A stretch of 63,586 bases of DNA, filler included, from Octopus bimaculoides (GCF_001194135.2; 4 parts of 4 records of this genome joined end to end with filler, not necessarily neighbours in it); one strand, 5' to 3'; numbered from the whole stretch's first letter, positions 1 through 12,854 are shown. Program-made: numbers and translations. Notes: generated by a model not told the origin, from the letters alone.

Positions 1-144
1 TATATATGGACCAATCTTTGGTCGAAATATATCTAAGTTTTATCCAAGTTTTATATATATATATATGTACATATGTATATGCTTTAGAATAAAGAGTTAG
101 TCGAGTACAGAGCGCAACACGAACTAAAAATTTTCCAAAGCCCT

Positions 145-199
<55 letters not shown>

Positions 200-351
200 G
201 TATGTAAGTATGTATGTGTGTATGTATAAGTATATATATGTTAAATAGTTGGAAAAAGTTGCAAGTAGATTGAAATAATCTATTTCTCACATTTTGTCTG
301 TGTATAATAATAATAATAATAATTATTATTATTATTATTATAACTATAATT

Positions 352-722
352 ATAATCGATGTATCAATACCAACAGATACGAACGTTTCTCTAAAAGAAA
401 TGGAGAAACATTTAAAATACAAAGATCTGGAAGTAGAGGTGACTCGAATGTGGAGGCTAAAAACAAATAATTCTTATTATAATAGGTGCATTAGGTATGA
501 TTAAAAAAGCATTCAGACAAATACATCACAAAAAAGCCAGGACTTACAAGTTTATATAACATATAGAAAATTGCACTACTGGGTACTGCACACATCCTAC
601 GCAAAACACTTTCAATACAGTAACCATAAGAGCATCACAGCAAACCACAGCACATACCCAAGGCGCACAGAGCTGCGCTCGGTAGTGAAGTGAAAGCACG
701 TTATAAAAATAAAACTACTGAA
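352..722 (+). mobile_element. R4/Dong-like RLE non-LTR retrotransposon, 5'-truncated 3' end (copy 1)
   Basis: Frameshifted translation IDVSIPTDTNVSLKEMEKHLKYKDLEVEVTRMWRLKT..IIIGALGMIKK..KIALLGTAHILRKTLSIQ* matches the C-terminal restriction-like endonuclease of R4-clade LINEs; (AAT)n on both sides. Confidence 0.85.
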
Positions 723-723
723 C

Positions 724-758
<35 letters not shown>

Positions 759-765
759 CAATAAT

Positions 766-1217
766 AAAAGATGGGCTACGGCAAATATTCTGCTCCATAC
801 CACAGATTTGATTTGCTTGTCAGTTGCTTGACCATAATCAGTTGAGCATGTCCCTTGGTGCATCTCTGATCATGAGCAGAAGTGGTGGGGGATCATCATA
901 GCCATGTGTTGAGAGGAATTCTTTGGGGTTTGAATAATTCACCTTTGGAAACATGGGTGTTTCGTTCAACATCCTTAAGCATCCCTTATTCAAGGACCTT
1001 TTTTGAGCGGGGTGAGCTACTCGACCTGAAGAAAATTCTAACTGGGCCCCACCTGCGAGGTTATGCGCTGTTCCTATTGATATAAGATCTCCATGGCGCG
1101 CAAATGTGGTCGTACTGCATGTTCCCGATTTACCCTTATCAGAAGGTTAGCCATGATGGGTATACTGGGCTTCGTTACCCCAATGTCACTTTGATGGCAC
1201 GCACTGCTCTCTCAATC
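766..1217 (+). mobile_element. Non-coding (AAT)-tailed interspersed element 'E' (copy 1)
   Basis: Clear nucleotide similarity to the reverse complement of 6217-6734 and to 33803-33958; ends in (AAT)n; no coding signature. Confidence 0.75.
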
Positions 1218-1240
1218 AATAATAATAATGATAATAATAT

Positions 1241-1574
1241 CGTAAAGAAAGAGGATGAAAAGCAAAATATACAATCCTTTAAAATTTGAAATAGGAAGAA
1301 TTTCGAGAATAAGAACAGTAAAGGTCGTGTCTATAATAATTGGTGCATTGGGAACAGTAAGAAAAGATATAGACAAATGGTAGGAGGAGATTGGAATAGA
1401 ATGTCCGGTTGAATTCCTACAGAAAGTTTGTCTTTTAGAGACGGCAAGGATTATCAGGAAGGTTCTAAGCACTTGAAAGACTGCTGATAACTTGTGAATA
1501 CGTAAGGTTACAGGTAGTAACCCGCTACCCACATAAATCCTACCAGGAATAAGACCGAGCCGGAACCAAACCCA
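1241..1574 (+). mobile_element. R4/Dong-like RLE LINE 3' end (copy 2, different subfamily)
   Basis: KKEDEK..KYNPLKFEIGRISRIRTVKVVSIIIGALGTVRKDIDKW*EEIGIECPVEFLQKVCLLETARIIRKVLST*; (AAT)n on both sides. Confidence 0.85.
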
Positions 1575-1624
<50 letters not shown>

Positions 1625-1734
1625 CAACAATATGTATAAATATGTGAGTGAGTGTATATATGACGGTTTCTGATTTGGCCTTAAAGCCCGCGATTTTACA
1701 GTATAGGTCCTAGTATTTATACAGGGAATTTATA

Positions 1735-1860
1735 ATTATCGAACCCCAAAAGGGTGAAATTCGACGACGGCGGGATTTGAATACAGACAATAAATATTCT
1801 GAACAAATACCACAAAGTTATTTTACCGACTCTTTAACGATTCTACCAGCTCACCACCCT
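1735..1860 (-). mobile_element. SINE family B fragment
   Basis: Reverse complement of family B head (ggtgagctggtagaatcgtta) and central motif. Confidence 0.5.
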
Positions 1861-2167
1861 TATAAGATATCAATAATGTATAAAACACACACACACGCAC
1901 ATACGCACACACACACACACTCACACACACAATGTACATGATAAATGGTTGAAAAATGTTTTGTTTGTTTTTTTTTGTTTTTCCTAAATGGATTTCGAGA
2001 AGAATATTTTTCATTTTGAATGTTTTTAGTTTCAACAGCTATTAATTTCAGGCTAAAAATGTCAAGTTCAACTTATTGTTGGCAGTTTGTTTTTATTTAA
2101 GAGAAAAAGATGATTTATGGATCTTAACTATAAATATCCTTTGGCTTCTCTGATAAATAGAAAATAC

Positions 2168-2335
2168 AGGCGCAGGCGTGGTAGTGTGCTTAAGAAGAAC
2201 GCGTGGAAACCACGCGGTTTCAAGGTCAGTCCCTCTGCATGTCACATTGAGTGAGTGCCTTCTACTATCACCCCGAAATGACCGATGCTTCGTAAGTGAA
2301 TTCGGTAGACAGAAACTGTGTGGAAACTCGTCATA
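2168..2335 (+). mobile_element. tRNA-derived SINE family A, 5' half
   Basis: Diverged copy of the aggcgcaggagtggctgtgtggtaag head, ending at the internal (TA)n. Confidence 0.65.
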
Positions 2336-2363
2336 TATATATGTATTCATGCATGTATATACA

Positions 2364-2402
<39 letters not shown>

Positions 2403-2636
2403 GCATATAATAATAACAACAATAATCCTTGGATGGAATTCATAAACATCTAATGCATCTCTACGCCCGTTTCCAGAAATCACGTCTCTTAAGATCACAG
2501 TCTGTATTCCTGGGCTGATTACAGTGCAGTCCGCAGTAACCGTGGATACCGGGTAGATCATCTTCATGGATTCATCTTCATGGCTGTTTAAGGGAGAGAT
2601 GTTTATCCCTTTGGACCAGTTCGAAGGCTGGTTGAG

Positions 2637-2638
<2 letters not shown>

Positions 2639-2714
<76 letters not shown>
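2639..2714. repeat. (TA)n microsatellite
   Basis: Perfect dinucleotide run. Confidence 0.95.
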
Positions 2715-2716
<2 letters not shown>

Positions 2717-3004
2717 TCAAATGAATTATCCATCGTCTGTTATTCATTTGATTATAATACAAGGGGATTTACGACTTGTCGGACACCCAAGAGTATACCA
2801 CAACGTACAATTCAACGTAACGAGTGCTTTTGGACCAGCACCTAGGTGCTAAATACTCATAGGGTCGGTTTTCTCTGTCTACACAACCGGAATATCCTAT
2901 TTGATACTTAACAATCATGGGCCGGTACCACAAGTTTGTCCAACCCTACCTGGTGCATATCTTTTCAGGTCCCTGCTTCTGTCTGAATCTATATTTTACT
3001 ATAT

Positions 3005-3005
<1 letters not shown>

Positions 3006-3036
<31 letters not shown>

Positions 3037-3130
3037 TTAACGTCCGTTTTCCAAGCTGGCATGGGTTGGACGATTTGACTGGGCTGGCACACTGGAGGGC
3101 TGCACTAGACTTCAGTCTGATTTGGCATGG
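3006..3130 (-). mobile_element. RTE-like LINE 3' terminus with (GAT)n tail
   Basis: Minus strand reads ...caacccatgccagcttggaaaacggacgttaaa(tga)n, the tail type of RTE-clade LINEs; RTE ORF remnant lies nearby on the same strand. Confidence 0.55.
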
Positions 3131-3315
3131 TTTCTATGGCTGGAAGCCTGCCTTACCTAACGCCAACCACTCCGAGAGTGTAATGAGTGCTTTTACATTT
3201 CACCGGCACGGGTGCCATTTACATGACATCGGGATGATTTTACGTGCCGCCGGCACGGGTTCTAATTTGTGTAACACTGGTACTGCCATGATTGCAGTTT
3301 TGATCGGGTCTTCTT

Positions 3316-3790
3316 CTTAAGCATGTTCTCGGCTGTCACAGCCCATGTTTCTCTACCATGCAGCATAGCTGGTCGCACACAGGTATCAAACAATCTGCCT
3401 TTCACTGAGAGGCCCTTTGTTGCCAGTAGGGATGGGAGCTCTCTGAACTTTGCCCATCCTAATCTTATTCCTCACAGCTATGCTCTCGGAGCATCCACCT
3501 CCACTACTAACTTGGTCACCTAGATAACGGAAGTTATCTACTACCTTTAGCATGCCCCCTGGCAGTTGATGGAGTCTACTTTCTGACCATTTTCAGCGTT
3601 TATTGTATCTGTGCATCGTCGACATATAAAAGCTAGTCTGCCCGTTAATGTTCCTCTGATACTGCTGCACTTTTTATGTGTCCAAAGCTTACACCGAGTA
3701 TATCTTGTGGAGTTTCTACCTACGCCTTTTGTATAGATCGAGCAGGACAATCTACCTGAAGAGATTTGTGATTTGTCTGCGTTCCTACTT
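3316..3790 (-). mobile_element. RTE-clade LINE ORF fragment
   Basis: GVGRNSTRYTRCKLWTHKKCSSIRGTLTGRLAFICRRC...NFRYLGDQVSSGGGCSESI; the FRYLG motif is typical of the RTE reverse-transcriptase C-terminus; disrupted by stops and frameshifts. Confidence 0.8.
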
Positions 3791-4183
3791 ACTAAGACAT
3801 TGGTTACATATATATATACATATACACGTATGCACACATACGTATGTGTTTGCGCATCTTTGTGCCTGCGTGAGTTTATTTACCTCCTCGTAACCAAGTG
3901 GTTCGACAAAAGAGACCGATAAAGTAAGTGTCAGAATTTAAAAAGATCTTAAACACTGATATCAATTTCTTCGACTAAAATCCTTTAAAGTGGTGCTCCA
4001 GTATGACCACAGTCAAATAAATGAGACAAATTAAAGATAAAAGATGAAATAAATAGAACGATAGATGGATGGTCGTCTGCTCGGATGGTTTTTCGTGAGC
4101 ATTTAAGAAAAGCAGCATCTTAGTGTGATTATGTCATTTTTACTGAGTAATTTCTGTGAGACCTTAGTGTTTCGTTTAGTTTT

Positions 4184-4339
4184 AGGCGCAGGCGTGCCTG
4201 TGTGGTAAAGAAGCTTATTTCCAAGCCATGCTGTTCTGGATTCAGTCCTACTGCGTAGCACCTTGGGCAATTATATTCTATTATAAGCCTAAGCCTTGTG
4301 AGTGTGGATTTGGTAGACGGAAACTGGAAGAAACTCGTC

Positions 4340-4342
<3 letters not shown>
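4184..4342 (+). mobile_element. SINE family A, 5' half
   Basis: tRNA-like head plus caccttgggcaa CORE-like box, then (TA)n. Confidence 0.75.
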
Positions 4343-4381
<39 letters not shown>

Positions 4382-4596
4382 AAGAAAGTTATGGGTTGTG
4401 AATCCAACCAACTAAGGAATAATATCTATCCAAGATACTGCTGGAAGTATACCCAGTTATTAATACACTAGTGTTTTTTCATTGCATGGCAATTACATTA
4501 CCAAGTGCAATAAATGGGTGCGGCTAAAAAGTTATTTTACCATTAATTTATATAGCAATAAGAAAATGAAGGGGATTAACAGGTGGTATTCATCAA

Positions 4597-4670
<74 letters not shown>

Positions 4671-4924
4671 AACATACACACACACATGCGTATATGGGTA
4701 CAGGACATCACCAACGGTGCAAATAGCATGAAATATGTAAATAACGAGAAAAAAATGGAAAACAGGACAAGTAAACACAAAGAAAGGACTCTTCATCAGT
4801 TGTCGGGGTTGTCTATCTACTCATCACTTCGAGCATTCAACGACAATATGAGTCTTCGAAGACAGTTGCTTTCATAAATTCTAAAATAAAATTTATGCGT
4901 GTATGTTTGTGTGTATGCGAATGT

Positions 4925-5152
4925 GTTGGTATCTATGTGTCTGTGTTTGTCGCCCCCTCCCTCCACTGCCACTTGACAACCGGTGTCATTACGTCCCCGT
5001 AACTTAGTGGTTGGGGAAAAAGAGACCGATAGAATAAGTATCAGGCTTTAAAAAAAGTAAATAACGGGACCGATTCATTCAACTAAGAAATCTTCAAGGC
5101 GGTGCCCCAGCATGGCCGCCATCACATGACTGAAAGAAGTAAATACAAAAAG
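4925..5152 (+). mobile_element. SINE family A, 3' half
   Basis: gacaaccgg...gagaccgatagaataagta...cagcatggcc tail. Confidence 0.7.
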
Positions 5153-5244
5153 ATGACACTTAAAGAGGGAACCGAGATAACTCTTCCCTTCCAATTGTTG
5201 TAAAAACATCGGCTTTTATGCGTAGAAGCCTTATCGCTTTTACT

Positions 5245-5453
5245 CTTGTACTTGTTTGAGTCATTTGACTGCGGCCATGCTGGATCACCGCCTTTAGTCG
5301 AGCAAATCGACCCCAGGACATATTCTTTGTAAGCCTGATACTTATTATATCGCTGTCTTTTGCCGAACCGCTAAGTTACAGGGACGTAAACACACCACCA
5401 TCGGTTGTCAAGCGATGTTGGGGGGCGGGACAGACACAGATACACAAACACAT

Positions 5454-5486
<33 letters not shown>

Positions 5487-5659
5487 CATATATACGACGG
5501 GCTTCTTTTCAGTTTCCCTCTACCAACTCCACTGACAAGGCTTTGGTCGGCCCGAGGCTATAGTAGAAGACACTTGCCCAAGGTGCCACACAGTGGGACT
5601 GAACCCGGAACCATGTGGTTGGTAAGCAAGCTACTTACCACACAGCCACTCCTGCGCCT
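5245..5659 (-). mobile_element. SINE family A, near full length
   Basis: Reverse complement has head, CORE-like box (gcaccttgggcaagtgtctt), internal (TA)/(TG) tract and 3' tail cagtcaaatgact..aacaagta. Confidence 0.9.
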
Positions 5660-6025
5660 GTTAATAAAATTGCGATTGTCTCTGTCTTAGTCTCTAAGCG
5701 TCATCCCCTGATCATGACCGCCATATTTCAATGTTAAAAAAAAAAATTCCATATCAATGACGAAGGTTCTTTATTTTGAAACACCAGCCTCACTGATATT
5801 CTGTTTTTTTCTTTCTTTATTTTTTTCGCATTTGGTTTGGAAGATTCTTCATGTGAAATATCTTGGAAGATTCTTCATATTAAAATATTTTGTTGTATTG
5901 TGGGAGGGTCACTATGCTAATAAAAGCACATTGATTCTGTTTCACGTCTTTTATTATAATCATGATAATAATTTTATTGTTGTTGTTAAAGCGCCCGGCT
6001 TGCAGAGTCGTTGCCACTAAGATAA

Positions 6026-6215
6026 AAATGCTTAGCGGCATTTCGTCCGATTTTACGTTCTGAGTTCAAATTCGACCGAGGTTGACTTTGCCTTTCATTC
6101 TTTCGGGGTCGATAAATTAAGTGCCAGTGAAACACCGGAGTCGATGTAATCGATTCGTCCCCTCCCCACAAATATGAGACCGTGTGCCTTCAGTAGAAAG
6201 GATTATTATTATTAT
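6026..6215 (+). mobile_element. SINE family B (MetaSINE-like central domain)
   Basis: gcctttcattctttcggggtcgataaattaagtgccag resembles the Meta domain; ends gtagaaagg(att)n. Confidence 0.8.
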
Positions 6216-6216
6216 T

Positions 6217-6734
6217 GAGTGAGAGTGACACCGGGGTAAAAATATACGAAGCCCATTATACCCATCATGACTACTCGTCTGATAAGGGTACACCAGGCAC
6301 ATGCATCCCAACCATATGTGCGCGACACAGCGATCCCATATCAAGATAAACAGCGCATGACCTTGCAGGTGGGGCCCAGTTAGTAATTTCTTCAGGCTGA
6401 GTAGCCCATCCCGCTCAAAAGGTCCTTGAATAAGGGTTGTTTAAGGATGATGAGCAAAACACCCATGTTTCTAGAGGTGAATCATCCAAACCCCCAAAGA
6501 ATTCCTTTCAACACATGGCTATGATGCTCCCCCACTACTTCTGATCGTGATCAGAGATGCACATATCGTCAGCCACCAAGGGACATGCTCAACTGGTTAA
6601 GGTCAAACAACTGACAAGCAAATCTGTGGTATTGAGCAGAATATTTGCTGTAGCCCATCTTTTATACCAAGACAAAACAATGTACATGATAACACTTCCA
6701 ATCAGATAAGATGAGAAGCCATGAGAGCCACTGC
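6217..6734 (-). mobile_element. Element 'E' (copy 2, longest)
   Basis: Reverse complement aligns by eye to 766-1217, and its 5' part to 47717-47787; (AAT)n tail at 6202-6216. Confidence 0.8.
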
Positions 6735-6740
6735 AACGGT

Positions 6741-6926
6741 CAAAATGTTTAGCGGCATTTCCTCCGTCTTTACGTTCTCTGTTCAATTGACACAGAGGTC
6801 GACTTCACCTTTCATCCTTTCGGGGTCGATAAAATAAGTATCAGTTGAACTCTGAGGTTGATATAATCGACTCATCCTTTACTCCAAAATTGCTGACCTT
6901 CTGGCAAAGATTTGAAACCATCATCA

Positions 6927-6935
<9 letters not shown>
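6741..6935 (+). mobile_element. SINE family B
   Basis: Central ttcatcctttcggggtcgataaa motif; ATT-type tail. Confidence 0.75.
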
Positions 6936-6970
<35 letters not shown>

Positions 6971-7553
6971 GCCTTTGCACAGCTTCTAACGCTGGAGATT
7001 TACTACGGTGTCAGCTGTTCACTACCAGGGAACTAAGGTAACACCTCTTATTTTTCGAGCACCATGCGGAGACTGAGGTGACACTCATTTACTGGTCATG
7101 CTTCAAGAACCCTGCAAAGAATCCTTTCACTTCCAAGCAATGTTGATTTTTGGAGGTGTTCTACCTTCACATTTGTACCAATCTTTTTCAGCCATGTTGG
7201 TAGTTGAAAACTGATACTTCCAAGTGCACCTCTTACTATTGGTACCCCATCTACTCTCTTCATTTAGCAAAATCTTCGTATTTCCCATGTTCAATTCGTC
7301 GTTGTTGTTTATTTTTTCTTCTTCTTCCTTCTCTTTCATCCTGTTGTCACCGGGGCATGTGATGTCGATTATCATGCATGTTCTTTCTTTTTTATTCACC
7401 ACGACAATGTCCGGTTTCCCATGTCTGGTCGGGTGATCTCACTGAGGATTTTGCAATTCTCATTCTCGGTGACCCCTTCTGGGCTTTGCTCATTCTACTT
7501 CTTTGCTCTTTGTAGGCCGTGATTATTCTTGCCACATTGTCATGGCGCCTTTT

Positions 7554-7555
<2 letters not shown>
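6971..7555 (-). mobile_element. R4/Dong-like RLE LINE 3' end (copy 3)
   Basis: YKRRHDNVARII..PDIVVVNKKERTCMIIDITCPGDNRMKEKEEE..KVEHLQKSTLLG; RHD and PD..D motifs of the RLE domain; (ATT)n on both sides. Confidence 0.9.
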
Positions 7556-7588
<33 letters not shown>

Positions 7589-7600
7589 ATAATTATATAC

Positions 7601-7978
7601 CATGGATGCGCAATGGCCTGGTGGTTAGGGAAACGGACGCGCGGTCGTAGAATCGCGATTTCGATTCCCAGACCGGGCGTTGTGAGTGTTTATTGAACTA
7701 AAAACACTTATAGCTCCACGAGGGCCCGGCAGCGGATGGTGGTGGTGAACCCTGCTGTACTCTTTCACCACAACTTTCTCTCACTCTTTCATCCTGTTTC
7801 TGCTGTACCTGTATTTCAAAGGGACCAGCCTTGTCACGCTGAATCTGCCCGAGAACTACGTTAAGAGTACACGTGTCTATGGAGTGCTCAACTACTTGCA
7901 CGTTAATTTCACGAACAGGCTGTTCTGTTGATCAGATCAGCTGTAACCCTCAACGTCGTAACCGACGGACTGCCACAT
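7601..7978 (+). mobile_element. tRNA-derived SINE family D
   Basis: A/B-box-like head (tggcctggtggttagg...ttcgattccc) followed by a unique body; no complete cloverleaf. Confidence 0.6.
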
Positions 7979-8103
7979 TATATATACCAGAGGGGTTTAC
8001 AAAAAAATCCTTTCATCCACTATTCTATGCACAGTTATTTATAGCTTTATCTACTACGAGTTTCACCGTTTAAAAAAACTATTTAATATAACTATATTTG
8101 CTT

Positions 8104-8159
<56 letters not shown>

Positions 8160-8539
8160 CACATGACCGCATGACCGCAGCCATTTGGCTGAAACCCATA
8201 AATAAATAAATAAATAAATATGCATACATACATAGCTACTTACCTAATACATACCTGAGTCTGTATTTATGCACATATAAACCAGTGGTGTTTTGCACAT
8301 CAATGCAAGACATGCAATGTAAGCACGATTGGGAGATAGAAATAATTGCAAATAAGAGACATCAGTCTCTTACGCCAAGCAATCTGACATTTTTATGAGA
8401 GAGAGCTGGCTACGTAGATGCTATGTGCATCGGAATTCAACAACAAAGCTTTGAAGTTCCAAATGGCACGCGGTGGTTTAATTACCGTGATCTTTTCCAA
8501 GTATATTCATCATATATCTATTCTATATGCGTGTGTGTA

Positions 8540-8576
<37 letters not shown>

Positions 8577-9994
8577 NNNNNNNNNNNNNNNNNNNNNNNN
8601 NNNNNNNNNNNNNNNNNNNNTTAATTAATTAANNNNNNNNNNNNNNNNNNNNNNNNNNNNNNNNNNNNNNNNNNNNGGTGGTGGTGGTGGTGGTGGTGGT
8701 GTTGGTGATGTTGGTGGTGGTGGTGGTGGTGATGATGATGGTGGTGGTGGTGGTGGTGGTGTAGGCGATGGGGATGGTGTCGGCACTGGCAGCAGTAGTG
8801 TCTGTTGATCGTGATTGTGCTGCTGCTGATGATGATGGTGATACAGTTTGCAGTGATGATAACGATGTCGATGATGACGGCGATGACAATGATGACGACG
8901 GCAAAGGCAATGATGACGGTGACGCCGATGTGCATTAAAACTGCTTTTGTGCAAATATAACAACATAATGACATTAGAATGATATCGACAGAGAATACAT
9001 CATTCAGCATCGTTATTCGTTTAAAGTAAACAGTTTTAAATGATTCTCAATCTCATTTATCTTCGTTAATAATTTTAATAAATATCTTCCAAATTGATTT
9101 TGTTTCATTTCAGAAATTCCAATATTGACAATAACAAAATAAAAGCAAAAACCCCCCAAAAAATTTAAATAAAACCAAAAAATCAAGAAAAACTAAACGA
9201 AACAGGGTGCGCTCAGAATTAATTGATTCGTCAAAATGAAAAGCGGGTAGCAAAGTTCGTTAGTGCTGGAGTATAATAAGAAAGAGTACNNNNNNNNNNN
9301 NNNNNNNNNNNNNNNNNNNNNNNNNNNNNNNNNNNNNNNNNNNNNNNNNNNNNNNNNNNNNNNNNNNNNNNNNNNNNNNNNNNNNNNNNNNNNNNNNNNN
9401 NNNNNNNNNNNNNNNNNNNNNNNNNNNNNNNNNNNNNNNNNNNNNNNNNNNNNNNNNNNNNNNNNNNNNNNNNNNNNNNNNNNNNNNNNNNNNNNNNNNN
9501 NNNNNNNNNNNNNNNNNNNNNNNNNNNNNNNNNNNNNNNNNNNNNNNNNNNNNNNNNNNNNNNNNNNNNNNNNNNNNNNNNNNNNNNNNNNNNNNNNNNN
9601 NNNNNNNNNNNNNNNNNNNNNNNNNNNNNNNNNNNNNNNNNNNNNNNNNNNNNNNNNNNNNNNNNNNNNNNNNNNNNNNNNNNNNNNNNNNNNNNNNNNN
9701 NNNNNNNNNNNNNNNNNNNNNNNNNNNNNNNNNNNNNNNNNNNNNNNNNNNNNNNNNNNNNNNNNNNNNNNNNNNNNNNNNNNNNNNNNNNNNNNNNNNN
9801 NNNNNNNNNNNNNNNNNNNNNNNNNNNNNNNNNNNNNNNNNNNNNNNNNNNNNNNNNNNNNNNNNNNNNNNNNNNNNNNNNNNNNNNNNNNNNNNNNNNN
9901 NNNNNNNNNNNNNNNNNNNNNNNNNNNNNNNNNNNNNNNNNNNNNNNNNNNNNNNNNNNNNNNNNNNNNNTATATATATATATATATATATATG

Positions 9995-10198
9995 TATGTT
10001 TGTGTGTCTGTGTTTGTCCTAACATCACTTGATGACCGATGCTGGTGTGTTTACGTCCTCGTAATTTAGCGGTTCGGCAAAAGCAACCGATAGAATAAGT
10101 ACTAGGCTTACAAAGAATAAGTCTTGGGGGTCGATGTGCTCAACTAAAGGCAGTGCTCCAGCATGGCCGCAGTCAAATAACTGAAACAAGTAAAAGAG
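9995..10198 (+). mobile_element. SINE family A, 3' half
   Basis: Follows (TA)n at a gap edge; complete 3' tail ...gaaacaagtaaaagag. Confidence 0.8.
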
Positions 10199-10294
10199 AG
10201 TACCCTTTACGTATATTGGAATGCTCTTGCTTATGGTGCCATGCTCAGTGACTGAACCCAAAACCCCATGGTTGCAATTGAATTTATTTACAAG

Positions 10295-12070
10295 ATCCCC
10301 CTCATTGACTCATACATACTTATGCATACATTGAGGGGGATTTGGCTGCTATTCCTACCAGTTCTAGCTACTATTTAGAGGTCCCCTTCATTGGCTCATA
10401 CATACATATCTACATACATAAGACAATAGGTGTGATTTGAGGGAGATTTGGCTGCTATTTCTACCATGTCTATCTACCATGTAGAGGTCTCCCTCATTGG
10501 CTCATACATACATAAGACAGTAGGGTGTGATTTGATGGGGATTTGGCTGTTATTTCTACCAGATCTAGCTACCGTGTAGAGGTCTCCTTAATTGCTTCAT
10601 GCATACATAAGACAGTAGGCAGTGATACACACATATAAGTAGTCGGGTGCAATTTGAGGGAGACTTGGCTGCTATTTCTAACAGGTTTAACTACCATGTA
10701 AACATCTCTCTTATTGTCTTATGTACTTACATTAGACAGTAGAGTGTGATTTGAGGGAGATTTGGCTGCTATTTCTACCAGATCTAGTTACCATATAGAG
10801 GTCTCCCACATTGGGTCATACATACATATATACGTAGATAAGACAGTAGGGTGTGATTTGAGGGAGATTTAGCTGCTATTTCTACCAGGTCTACCTACCA
10901 TGTAGAGGCTTCCACTAATTGGCTCATACATACATATATACATAGATAAGACAGTAGGGTGTGATTTGAGGGAGATTTGGCTGCTATTTCTACCAGGTCA
11001 ACCTACCATGTAGAGGTCTCCCACATTGGCTCATACATATAGACATACATGAGACAGTAGGGTGTGATTTGAGGGAGATTTGACTGCTATTTCTACCAGG
11101 NNNNNNNNNNNNNNNNNNNNNNNNNNNNNNNNNNNNNNNNNNNNNNNNNNNNNNNNNNNNNNNNNNNNNNNNNNNNNNNNNNNNNNNNNNNNNNNNNNNN
11201 NNNNNNNNNNNNNNNNNNNNNNNNNNNNNNNNNNNNNNNNNNNNNNNNNNNNNNNNNNNNNNNNNNNNNNNNNNNNNNNNNNNNNNNNNNNNNNNNNNNN
11301 NNNNNNNNNNNNNNNNNNNNNNNNNNNNNNNNNNNNNNNNNNNNNNNNNNNNNNNNNNNNNNNNNNNNNNNNNNNNNNNNNNNNNNNNNNNNNNNNNNNN
11401 NNNNNNNNNNNNNNNNNNNNNNNNNNNNNNNNNNNNNNNNNNNNNNNNNNNNNNNNNNNNNNNNNNNNNNNNNNNNNNNNNNNNNNNNNNNNNNNNNNNN
11501 NNNNNNNNNNNNNNNNNNNNNNNNNNNNNNNNNNNNNNNNNNNNNNNNNNNNNNNNNNNNNNNNNNNNNNNNNNNNNNNNNNNNNNNNNNNNNNNNNNNN
11601 NNNNNNNNNNNNNNNNNNNNNNNNNNNNNNNNNNNNNNNNNNNNNNNNNNNNNNNNNNNNNNNNNNNNNNNNNNNNNNNNNNNNNNNNNNACGTAGATAA
11701 GACAGTAGGGTGTGATTTGAGGGAGATTTAGCTGCTATTTCTACCAGGTCTAGCTACCATGTAGAGGTCTCCCACATTGGCTCATACATACATATATACA
11801 TAGATAAGACAGTAGGGTGTGATTTGAGGGAGATTTAGCTGCTATTTCTACCAGGTCTACCTACCATGTAGAGGTCTCCCACATTGGCTCATACATATAG
11901 ACATACATGAGACAGTAGGGTGTGATTTGAGGGAGATTTGACTGCTATTTCTACCAGGTAGAGATCTCCTTCATTGACTCATACATACATAGATATATAT
12001 AAAGCTGCAGCGTGTAATTTGAGGGAGATCTTGCTGCTATCTCTGCCAGGTCTAGCTGTCATATAGAGCA
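10295..12070. repeat. Tandem satellite, ~105-110 bp unit, at least 12 units, interrupted by an N gap
   Basis: Unit ~agacagtagggtgtgatttgagggagatttggctgctatttctaccaggtctagctaccatgtagaggtctcccacattggctcatacatacat; 8 units before and 4 after the gap. Confidence 0.95.
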
Positions 12071-12439
12071 TTGTTCATTAAATGCTGAGTTACAGTTGTA
12101 TTGGTGGTGGTGGTGGTGGTGGTGGTTGTGGGGGGTCCTTAAGGGGCAACCCAGTGGGGGGGGAGGCAAGGAGTAGCAGTGGGAGGTGTGGTGGTGTAAG
12201 TATAAAGACAATATGTCTTAATTTTAGCCCCATATGTCTTGTGGTTTCATCATAATTGAGATCTTGACAACCCTCGGGGAGTGGGGGGGAGGAGGGGGTC
12301 CGGANNNNNNNNNNNNNNNNNNNNNNNNNNNNNNNNNNNNNNNNNNNNNNNNNNNNNNNNNNNNNNNNNNNNNNNNNNNNNNNNNNNNNNNNNNNNNNNN
12401 NNNNNNNNNNNNNNNNNNNNNNNNATTAGAGCTTTCCAT

Positions 12440-12854
12440 ATGTGTACAAGTGTACATGTATGTGTGTGTCACTTTATATATGTGTGTGTTTGTATTCATG
12501 TGTGTGTCACTTTATATATGTGTGTGTTTGTATTCATGTGTGTGTTTGTATTCATGTGTGTGTTTGTATTCATGTGTGTTGGTATGTGTATGTGTGAGTG
12601 TGTGCATTAGTATGTGTGTGTGTGTGCGTGCGTGTTAGTATGCGTGTGTGTGTGTGTTTGTATATGTTTGTGTATGTTTGTGTGTGTGTGTGTGTGTGTT
12701 GATATATGTATGTGTTTGTGTGTTTATGTGTCTGTGTTTGTATGTGTCTGTGTATGTATTTGTATGTGTGTGTGTTTTGGTATATATATATGTGTGTGTG
12801 TGTGTGTGTATGTATTTGTATGTGTGAGTGTTTTGGTATATGTGTGTGTTTTGG

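Noticed and set aside
2535-2590. Duplicated ccAUGAAGA on the minus strand, resembling the 22050 core
   Set aside because: No GAAA and no consistent stems.
4760-4810. Minus-strand GACAA-CUGAUGA...UUGUC as a hammerhead
   Set aside because: Stem I and the core 5' half are present, but there is no stem II closure and no GAAA-NUH.
8577-8676. TTAATTAATTAA flanked by 44 N on each side (also at 24749-24760 and 38479-38490)
   Set aside because: Identical 100-bp layout three times, with stops in all six frames: an artificial scaffold spacer, not a biological site.
9095-9180. Strong acceptor ttttgtttcatttcag
   Set aside because: All three frames hit stops within ~55 nt and no donor follows; a terminal exon cannot be excluded but is unsupported.
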